Shown here one piece after another: positions 1 to 6,567 of a stretch of DNA of 14,352 nt (its first letter is position 1; every line of letters begins with the position of its first letter). The notes beneath the pieces are model-generated. The model worked only from the letters and a program-made list of their open reading frames with translations. It was not told the DNA's origin and did not search any database. The stretch spans positions 1 to 14,352 of the forward strand of contig JANRLW010000118.1 of NCBI GenBank assembly GCA_033762295.1, in the 5' to 3' direction. The position numbers were made by a program, and so were the translations under genes. This stretch comes from Capsulimonadales bacterium (GTDB taxonomy: Bacteria; Armatimonadota; Armatimonadia; Armatimonadales; Armatimonadaceae).

Positions 1-378
1 GGTGGTGTAGGTGCGATCGACATCGACGCGATCCGCCGAGTTGGCGTACGGCGTCTCGCTCTCATCGATGTGCGCGCCGCCCCCGATCCCGGACACCTTG
101 TTATCGTTGTCGACGGCGTCGACCGCCGCCACCGCCGCGCCGCTCATCAGCGCGCCCGCCGCGCCGCCGATGATGGCTCCGGCTACCGCCCCTATCGGCC
201 CGGCCGCCGCCCCCGCCGCCAGACCGACCGCAGCGCCGCCCACACCGCCGAGGGTAGCGCCTTTCTGCGCGTCGTTGTCCGGATTATCGTCAATACCGTG
301 CTGAATCCCATCCACCACTCCTCCGTCTTCGGCCACCGGCCGGTTCTTCACCCTGTCATCACGCGTATCCATGTTCAT
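1..378 (-). CDS. Glycine-zipper domain membrane protein, possibly a general-stress protein; 3' end truncated by the window edge
   Basis: Manual translation from ATG 378 (alternative ATG 372) is open to position 1: MNMDTRDDRVKNRPVAEDGG...QKGATLGGVGGAAVGLAAGAAAGPIGAVAGAIIGGAAGALMSGAAVAAVDAVDND... with repeated GxxxG motifs. Strong SD (AGAGGAGA) lies just upstream. Absent from the ORF track because there is no stop in the window. Confidence 0.8.
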   Translation of the reverse strand, partial: MNMDTRDDRVKNRPVAEDGGVVDGIQHGIDDNPDNDAQKGATLGGVGGAAVGLAAGAAAGPIGAVAGAIIGGAAGALMSGAAVAAVDAVDNDNKVSGIGGGAHIDESETPYANSADRVDVDRTYTT

Positions 379-460
379 TCTCCTCTGTGCTTTCCGTTCG
401 CTACCATCGCTATTCATCCATCGATAGCATATTTGCGTCTGGTATTGAACGATGACAGCA

Positions 461-492
461 ACAAGACGGGGGGTCCCGTCGCCGGGTTTCGC
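461..492 (-). promoter_or_regulatory. Putative ECF-sigma-type promoter (GCGAAAC-N17-CGTCTTGT) for the glycine-zipper gene
   Basis: Matches the general ECF AAC-N16/17-CGT architecture. A second copy with identical spacing lies upstream of the PAS kinase at 1376-1407. Confidence 0.5.
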
Positions 493-520
493 GGATTTTT
501 CGGCGCGGGTCGCTACCGTC

Positions 521-570
521 GAAGGTCAGCGAAGGTCAGCGAAGGTTCGCTAAGGTCAGCGGAGGTCCGG
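521..570. repeat. Imperfect 10-bp tandem repeat, about 5 units (GAAGGTCAGC)
   Basis: gaaggtcagc gaaggtcagc gaaggttcgc taaggtcagc ggaggtccgg; overlaps the HAD stop codon at 556-558. Confidence 0.8.
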
Positions 571-1278
571 GTTTTCCGGCGAAGGCGGTTGGGCGGAGGC
601 GGCGGCATGGAGATGTCGGAGGAGATGTTCGACCGGGAAGGCGGCGAGATCATCGACCCGCAGATCGGCGTGAGAGAGATCGAGCAGGGCGGTGAGCGGG
701 TTGGGGAAGGCGAGGGCGAAGACGCGGGCGCGTTTGGCGGCATGCAGTCCGTTGGGGGAGTCCTCGACGGCCAGAGTGCGTGTCGGGGGTACTCCGAACG
801 TCTCGCAGGCGGAGAGGTAGAGATCGGGGTGCGGCTTGGCGAGGGGGACATCGCCGTAACAGCGGGTGAAGGCGAAGGCGTCGAGGATTCCGAGGCGTCG
901 CAGGTGTCCGTCGACCCAGTCGTGGTTGGAGGAGGAGACGACGGCGACGGGCAGGTTGCGTTGTTCGGCGTCGGCGAGGTATTCGAGGATGCCGGGGCGT
1001 ACGGGTGCGGCCTCGATCATTTCGAGAAACCGGGCGCGTCGCCGGGTATGAGCGACGGCATCGTCGAGGGGGTGTCCGACGAGGGTGCGGAGGTGGTTAT
1101 AGGGATCGAACTTGACATCGTTCGCGCCGCGTCCGATGCTGTCGGCCCAGAGCGCGAGCGGCAGTTCCTGTCCGTAGAAGGCGTAGACTTCCTCCCATGC
1201 CTGATACTCGAGGGTTTCGGTGTCGAGGATGGTGCCATCGAAATCGAGGAACAGGGCGTCAATCGGGCGGTGGTCCAT
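556..1278 (-). CDS. HAD-superfamily hydrolase/phosphatase, subfamily IA (beta-PGM/CbbY-like)
   Basis: 240 aa. Motif I FLDFDGTILDTE, motif II VVSSS, motif III KPHPDLY, motif IV VEDSPNG. Confidence 0.93.
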   Translation of the reverse strand: MDHRPIDALFLDFDGTILDTETLEYQAWEEVYAFYGQELPLALWADSIGRGANDVKFDPYNHLRTLVGHPLDDAVAHTRRRARFLEMIEAAPVRPGILEYLADAEQRNLPVAVVSSSNHDWVDGHLRRLGILDAFAFTRCYGDVPLAKPHPDLYLSACETFGVPPTRTLAVEDSPNGLHAAKRARVFALAFPNPLTALLDLSHADLRVDDLAAFPVEHLLRHLHAAASAQPPSPENPDLR

Positions 1279-1284
1279 GCTGTC

Positions 1285-1290
1285 AGTATA
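1285..1290 (-). promoter_or_regulatory. Putative -10 element (TATACT) 6 nt upstream of the HAD ATG, suggesting a leaderless transcript
   Basis: Minus strand reads ggTATACT-gacagc-ATG, with no SD between the hexamer and the start codon. Confidence 0.4.
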
Positions 1291-1375
1291 CCTTCGAACC
1301 TCTTTCGGTCGTGTTCGCCGGCATCGGTTCCAGGAAATTCGTTCTGTTGGGGAAGCGCCGTTGAGCCTACAAATT

Positions 1376-1407
1376 GCGAAACCCGGTCGGGGTTTTCCCC
1401 GTCCTGT
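1376..1407 (+). promoter_or_regulatory. Putative ECF-sigma-type promoter (GCGAAAC-N17-CGTCCTGT) for the PAS kinase
   Basis: 23 of 32 positions identical to the minus-strand copy at 461-492, with identity concentrated at the two ends; about 70 nt upstream of ATG 1480. Confidence 0.5.
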
Positions 1408-1479
1408 AGGGGGTTCACTGTGCGAACGGATTGGCCGACGCCCGCCCGGAGCGGCAGGCGAGGGGAGAAGTGTCTGCGG

Positions 1480-3006
1480 ATGGTCGAATCGGATGAATTC
1501 GGAGGCAAAGAGCGCACGGGCAACGGCGGAACGGCCGACGCATGGGCGGAACTGGAACGGGAGATTTCACGACGGCGACAGGCCGAGGCGGAACGGGACG
1601 CGGTGCGCGAACGCCTCGAAGCCGCTCTCACCGCCGGGGAAGTCGCAACCTGGGTCTGGGACGTCGCCGCCGATCATGTCCTCGCCGATCGGAACCTCCT
1701 CCGGCTTTTCGGTCTCCCCGATCCCGGCCCCGACGGTCTGCCGATCGCCGAATTTCTCCGGGTTATCCACGCCGAGGACCGGGAACGCGTCGGCGAGGCG
1801 ATCCGCGCAGCGCTCGCCAACCGACGCGAATACGAGGTCGAATACCGAATCCTTCCCCCCGACGGTCGACTGCGCTGGGTGATCGCTCGCGGCAAAGCCG
1901 AATACGACGAAACCGGCGCTCCCTCCCGCTTCCCCGGCGTCACCCTCGATATCACCGTCCACAAACAAACCGAGGAGGCGCTGCGCGAGAGCGAGCACAA
2001 GTTCCGGATGGTCGCCGATACCATGCCGCAACTGGTCTGGAGCACGCGCCCCGACGGCTTCCACGACTACTACAACGCCCGCTGGTTCGAATACACCGGC
2101 CTGACCTACGAGGATACCCGGGGCGAGAAGTGGAACGATGTCCTGCATCCGGAGGACCGAATCCGCGCCTGGGAGGTCTGGCGACGCTCGCTGGAAACCG
2201 GCGAACCCTACGAGATCGAGTACCGATTCCGGCGACACGACGGCGCGTTTCGCTGGTTCATCGGACGCGCCCTGCCGATGCGGGACGCCGACGGGCGCAT
2301 TCTGCGCTGGTTCGGCACCTGCACCGATGTCGATGAGCAAAAACGCACCGAGGAGACCCTCCGACGGCAACAGGAGGAGATCGCCGCGCTGAACGCTCGC
2401 CTGCGCCGCGCGATGGTGGAAACCCATCACCGCGTCAAAAACAACCTTCAGTTAATGGCCGCCCTGATCGAGATGCAGCGGAACGAGGACGAACCCGTCT
2501 CCCCGAAAGCCCTGGATCGACTGAGCGAAAACGTCCGCGCCCTCGGCGTCATCCATCAACTGCTCACCCAGGAGGCGAAGGAGGGAGACGCCCCCTCGCT
2601 CTCGGCCCGCGCGGTGATCGAACAACTGATCGCTCTGCTGGCCGGCACGGTGCGCGGACGCCGGATCGTCGCCGAACTCGATGACGTCCGACTTCCCGGC
2701 AAGTACGCGACCTCGCTGGCGCTGGTCGTCAACGAACTGCTGTCCAATGCGCTGAAATACGGCGCGGGCGATGTGCTGGTGCGGTTTCGGATTCGACAGA
2801 CCGATCCCGGTTCGGTCCTGCTGGTCGTCGAAGATGACGGTCCCGGTTTCGGTGAGGCGTTCGATCCGACCGGAGCGGCCAGCACCGGCCTGGAACTGAT
2901 CGAGAATATCGTCCGCTTCGACTTCCAGGGGGAGGCCGCGTACGAAAATCGGGAGGCCGGAGGCGGGAGAGTCCGCATTATTGTCCCGGTTCCGGAAACA
3001 AAGTGA
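1480..3006 (+). CDS. Cytoplasmic sensor histidine kinase, PAS-PAS-HisKA_2-HATPase
   Basis: Start reassigned to ATG 1480 (purine-rich GGGGAGAAG upstream), giving 508 aa. Two PAS/PAC units (IHAEDRERV...YEVEYRI...RWV; LHPEDR...YEIEYRF...FRWF), H-box ETHHRVKNNLQ, N-box NELLSNALKYG, G1 VEDDGPGF. No TM segment seen. Confidence 0.93.
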   Translation: MVESDEFGGKERTGNGGTADAWAELEREISRRRQAEAERDAVRERLEAALTAGEVATWVWDVAADHVLADRNLLRLFGLPDPGPDGLPIAEFLRVIHAEDRERVGEAIRAALANRREYEVEYRILPPDGRLRWVIARGKAEYDETGAPSRFPGVTLDITVHKQTEEALRESEHKFRMVADTMPQLVWSTRPDGFHDYYNARWFEYTGLTYEDTRGEKWNDVLHPEDRIRAWEVWRRSLETGEPYEIEYRFRRHDGAFRWFIGRALPMRDADGRILRWFGTCTDVDEQKRTEETLRRQQEEIAALNARLRRAMVETHHRVKNNLQLMAALIEMQRNEDEPVSPKALDRLSENVRALGVIHQLLTQEAKEGDAPSLSARAVIEQLIALLAGTVRGRRIVAELDDVRLPGKYATSLALVVNELLSNALKYGAGDVLVRFRIRQTDPGSVLLVVEDDGPGFGEAFDPTGAASTGLELIENIVRFDFQGEAAYENREAGGGRVRIIVPVPETK

Positions 3007-3042
3007 CGGTTTTGTCAGTTTTATGTTGGAGAGATCATTTCG

Positions 3043-3555
3043 GTGAAGAAAGCGCAAGAAATCATGCCGCCCTATGCCTTGACATCATATCCGTCGGAAA
3101 ACCTGCCTTCCGCGCCCTCCGTGGCCGGCGGCCCGTGGTCTCCGGAGCAGCGTTCGATCCTGCCCGGCAAGCGCGTGCTGATCGTGGAGGATGAGGGGCT
3201 GACCCAGGCACAGCTGCGCAAACTGATGACCAACGCCGGAATGAAGGTGGTCGGTTCGGCGGTGAACGGCGCACAGGGGCTGGAAATCGCGCTGCGGGAA
3301 CGACCCGACCTGGTTCTGATGGATATCAATATGCCGGTCATGGACGGCCTGGAAGCGACCCGCCGCCTGCTCGCGGAGATGTCGGTCTGCGTCGTGATGC
3401 TGACGGCGTTCTCCGACCAGGAAACCCGGAGCCGGGCATGGGCGTTCGGCGCGTCCGGCTATATCCTGAAGCCGGTGGATCGGACCATCCTGCTGCCCCA
3501 GCTGGAGTCTGCCTACCTCCAGTTCGAACATACCCGTCGCTCCCATCTTCAATAA
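3043..3555 (+). CDS. Single-domain response regulator (PdtaR/EutV-like receiver, no output domain)
   Basis: VLIVEDE acidic pocket, phospho-Asp in PDLVLMDINMP, MLTAFS, YILKP. Protein ends shortly after receiver helix 5. Start is GTG 3043 (GGAGA upstream) or ATG 3064. Confidence 0.9.
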   Translation: MKKAQEIMPPYALTSYPSENLPSAPSVAGGPWSPEQRSILPGKRVLIVEDEGLTQAQLRKLMTNAGMKVVGSAVNGAQGLEIALRERPDLVLMDINMPVMDGLEATRRLLAEMSVCVVMLTAFSDQETRSRAWAFGASGYILKPVDRTILLPQLESAYLQFEHTRRSHLQ

Positions 3556-3575
3556 CGGCAATAACGGCGACCGAT

Positions 3576-3607
3576 GCGAACGCGTGGCAGCGCCGCCGCG
3601 CGTTCGT
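3576..3607 (+). terminator. GC-rich stem-loop downstream of the response regulator (possible terminator or mRNA-stabilising hairpin)
   Basis: GCGAACGCGTGGC-agcgcc-GCCGCGCGTTCGT: 13-bp stem with 2 G-U pairs and a 6-nt loop; no adjacent U-tract. Confidence 0.35.
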
Positions 3608-3804
3608 CCCCGCCCGGCACACCGCCAGTAAAACCGCAAAAAGACGGTGTAAAAGCCGGTTTTTTCTCCTCTGTGTGTGTTAATCAACAAAACTTAAAGT
3701 AGACTATATTCTATTATAAAACGTTCGGACAGGGCGGAACAGCCGTAATTACGCACGGCTGTCTTTTCGGTCGCCTCCGTCCGCCCGCCGAAGCGACATT
3801 CCGT

Positions 3805-5532
3805 ATGGATACGAAACTGACAATCGGGTTTCTGACGGTGATGCTCGTGATCGGAGCGAACGCTTTCATCGCCGGGACGAATCTGGATACGGTCGCCCGT
3901 AACCGGCAGTGGGTGACGCATACCCAGGAGGTTCTGTGGACGATCGAGACCGTTCTCTCGCTCCTGAAGGACGCGGAGACGGGTCAGCGCGGCTTCCTGC
4001 TGACCGGACGACCGGAGTATTTGCTCCCCTACGAGCAGGCGCGGCAGGCCCTTCCCCCGAAACTCGGTCAACTGCGCGAACTGACCGCGGATAATCCCGA
4101 ACAACAGCGGCGTCTCAGGGAGATCGAGCGATTGACGACGGAACGACTGGCCGCGCTGCGCACCGCGCTGGACCTCCGGCGGACGCGGGGCGACGCGGCG
4201 GCCCGTCAATGGCTGCTGTCCGGACGGGGGCGAACGATCATGGTCCGTATTCGCGGCGAAGTTGAGGAGATGGAGAAGGCGGAACGGCTCCTCCTGCTGC
4301 GACGGGAGTGGGAGTCCGAAGTCAGCGAGCGACGCGCCCGCCTGACCCTGCTCGTTGCCTCGCTGGTCAGTCTGACCCTGTTGCTGGCGGTCTACCTGAT
4401 TCTCGCACGGACGGCGACGGAACGCCGGAGAGCCGCCGACGCGCTGAAGAGACGGGAGGAGTGGCTCTCGGCCACGCTGGCCGCCATCGGGGACGCCGTA
4501 CTGACGACCGATGAAAAAGGGAACGTTCTCTTCCTCAACGGGGTCGCCGAGACGCTGACCGGTTGGCTGCAGCACGAGGCGCAGGGAAAAAAGGCTTCCG
4601 AAGTGTTTCATATCGTCCATGAAACGACCGGCGCGCCCGTGCAAAGTCCCGTCGACCGGGCGATCGCGGAAGGGGTCACGGTCGGTCTGGCCAATCATAC
4701 CGTCCTGATCGCCCGCGACGGAACGCGGCGACCGATCGAGGACAGCGGCGCGCCGATCCGCGATATCCGGGGCAACCTCGCCGGGGTCGTGCTGGTGTTC
4801 CGCGATGTCAGCGAACGACGACGGGCCGAAATCGAACGGGAGCGTCAGGTCGCCGAGGTGGAACAGCTGAACGCCCGGCTCCGGCGGGCGATGACCGAGA
4901 CGCACCACCGGGTCAAAAACAACCTGCAGATCATGTCCGCCCTGCTCGACCTCCGGCAGACCAGCGGTCAGGAGACCGTGCCGATGTCGGAACTGGCCGA
5001 GGTCAGCCGCCATCTCCAGGCGCTCGGCGTGATCCACGATATTCTTACCCAGGAATCGAAGACCGAGAGCGGCCTGCGGCGTATTTCGGTGAAATCCGTC
5101 CTGGAGCGCCTGATGCCGCTTCTGGAGTCGATTCCGGACGGTCGGCCCGTCCGCGCGGAAATCGCCGAAGTCCTGCTGCCGAGCAAGCAGGCCACGTCCG
5201 TCGCCCTGATCACCAACGAACTGGTGTCCAACGGTATCAAGCATGGCCGGGGAACGGTTGAATTATCGTTGCGGGCCGAGGGCGACACGGCGACGCTGAC
5301 CGTTTGCGACGACGGGCCGGGGTTTCCGCCGGATTTCGATCCGGAAACCGCCGCGCATACCGGCATCGAACTGCTGACCAGCATCGTCGGCTACGACCTT
5401 GGCGGCACCATCTCCTTTGAGAACGCCGGGGGAGGCGGGGCGAAAGTCGTCGTCACGTTCCCCGTCCCCGAAGAGAGCGGTCCCCGCCCGGATTCTGGAG
5501 AACCGCTGTCAAGTTCCCGCTTTATCGCCTGA
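3805..5532 (+). CDS. Membrane sensor histidine kinase, CHASE3-PAS-HisKA_2-HATPase
   Basis: 575 aa. TM1 (LTIGFLTVMLVIGANAFIA), CHASE3 signature LLKDAETGQRGFLLTG..EYLLPY, TM2 (LTLLVASLVSLTLLLAVYLIL), PAS (IGDAVLTTDEKG...IEDSGAPIRD..GVVLVFRDVSERR), H-box ETHHRVKNNLQ, NELVSNGIKHG, DDGPGF. In-frame stop at 3700 limits any upstream extension. Confidence 0.95.
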   Translation: MDTKLTIGFLTVMLVIGANAFIAGTNLDTVARNRQWVTHTQEVLWTIETVLSLLKDAETGQRGFLLTGRPEYLLPYEQARQALPPKLGQLRELTADNPEQQRRLREIERLTTERLAALRTALDLRRTRGDAAARQWLLSGRGRTIMVRIRGEVEEMEKAERLLLLRREWESEVSERRARLTLLVASLVSLTLLLAVYLILARTATERRRAADALKRREEWLSATLAAIGDAVLTTDEKGNVLFLNGVAETLTGWLQHEAQGKKASEVFHIVHETTGAPVQSPVDRAIAEGVTVGLANHTVLIARDGTRRPIEDSGAPIRDIRGNLAGVVLVFRDVSERRRAEIERERQVAEVEQLNARLRRAMTETHHRVKNNLQIMSALLDLRQTSGQETVPMSELAEVSRHLQALGVIHDILTQESKTESGLRRISVKSVLERLMPLLESIPDGRPVRAEIAEVLLPSKQATSVALITNELVSNGIKHGRGTVELSLRAEGDTATLTVCDDGPGFPPDFDPETAAHTGIELLTSIVGYDLGGTISFENAGGGGAKVVVTFPVPEESGPRPDSGEPLSSSRFIA

Positions 5533-6462
5533 ACGGAGCGTCAGGGCGACGCCGAACAGCAGGACGATGGCCGCCGCTCCCTGACCGGCGGTCACCGGTT
5601 CGGCCAGAAGGAAAAAGGCGAGAATCCCGGCGACGACGGGCTCGAGAAGCATGGCGACCCCGACGACTCCCACCTTGAAGTGCAGCAGGCACCAGTTCAG
5701 CGAGGTATGCCCGATCAATTGGGGAAGGAGCGCCATTCCGAGCACGGCAAGCCATGCCGGCGGATTGACCGGCCGTATTTGCGCCGGTTCCATGAGAAGC
5801 GGAATCGCCGCCCACAACGTCGCCGCCGCAGCCGTGTAGGTGATCGCCACCGTGCGCTCGGTCCCATGTCGTTTTTGCACTCCGTCCACCAGAAGGAAGT
5901 ACGCCGCCAGGGCGACCGCGCCGACAAGTGCGAGCGCATCGCCGACAGGCATGGTCGCATCGCCGATCCCTTCGCTCGCCCCCGCCATCGCCGCCGGACG
6001 CGGTCGCCCGAACAGCGTTACGCCCCAGGCGCCGACACAGGCCAATCCGAGACCGCCGATGAAACCGGGGCCGGGACGTTGCTTCAGCCAGAGCGCGCCG
6101 GCCAGTCCGGACCAGATCGGCGAGGTGGTGACGAGCAGGGTGGAACGCGCCACGGGAATGAAGGTGAGCGAGGCGAACCAGGCGAGGAAATGGACGGCCA
6201 GACCGATTCCGGCAAGGGTCAGGCGGGCGTACTCGGCGGCGGTCATCGGTTCCGCTCCGTCCGTATCGCTCGGTTTCGCCTGTTTGCGGAAGACCGAACG
6301 CGCGCCGCGCGCGGCCAGCACGATCAGCGCGGCAATCAGGAGACGCCACCCGGCCAGCGACAGCGGCGACATGCCGTTGTCCAGAGCGACCCGCGCCATC
6401 AGCGCGGAGGAGCCGATCGCCACCTGCGCCCCGAGCAGGACGATCACGGGAAGAAATCGCAC
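5509..6462 (-). CDS. EamA/DMT-family (drug/metabolite) transporter
   Basis: Start reassigned to GTG 6462 with SD-like GGAAGGGA 5 nt upstream, giving 317 aa. About 10 hydrophobic segments in two EamA repeats (HFLAWFASL...TLLVTTSPIW; PQLIGHTSLNWCL...LLEPVVAGILA). 3' end overlaps the CHASE3 kinase convergently by 24 bp. Confidence 0.9.
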   Translation of the reverse strand: MRFLPVIVLLGAQVAIGSSALMARVALDNGMSPLSLAGWRLLIAALIVLAARGARSVFRKQAKPSDTDGAEPMTAAEYARLTLAGIGLAVHFLAWFASLTFIPVARSTLLVTTSPIWSGLAGALWLKQRPGPGFIGGLGLACVGAWGVTLFGRPRPAAMAGASEGIGDATMPVGDALALVGAVALAAYFLLVDGVQKRHGTERTVAITYTAAAATLWAAIPLLMEPAQIRPVNPPAWLAVLGMALLPQLIGHTSLNWCLLHFKVGVVGVAMLLEPVVAGILAFFLLAEPVTAGQGAAAIVLLFGVALTLRSGDKAGT

Positions 6463-6567
6463 ACCGGTCCCTTCCGCCCGGACCGTTCCGTTTCCTGCCC
6501 GGCTCCTCTTTCGCCGAAATGATCGGAACGGCAGGGAAACTTGCCCCGGTCGTGGAACACTGTCGGC

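Noticed and set aside
460..480. GACGGG-accc-CCCGTC hairpin followed by TTGTT on the minus strand, as a HAD terminator
   Set aside because: Short stem and poor U-tract, and it coincides with the ECF-like promoter motif that explains the sequence better. A dual role cannot be excluded.
521..570. Tandem repeats as a CRISPR array
   Set aside because: Units are 10 bp with no spacers, and there are no cas genes.
70..1479. Apparent 470-aa N-terminal extension of the PAS kinase (ORF 70..3006)
   Set aside because: It is largely the antisense shadow of the HAD and glycine-zipper genes. It has no domain-like content, and an SD-preceded ATG exists at 1480.
3576..3607. Hairpin loop AGCGCC has A1/G4 like ANTAR-target hexaloops
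   Set aside because: ANTAR targets need two adjacent hexaloop hairpins. I found no second one, and no ANTAR protein is encoded in the window.
5509..5532. 24-bp convergent overlap of the CHASE3 kinase and EamA 3' ends
   Set aside because: Short tail-to-tail overlaps are common in compact GC-rich genomes, and there is no evidence of a regulatory role.
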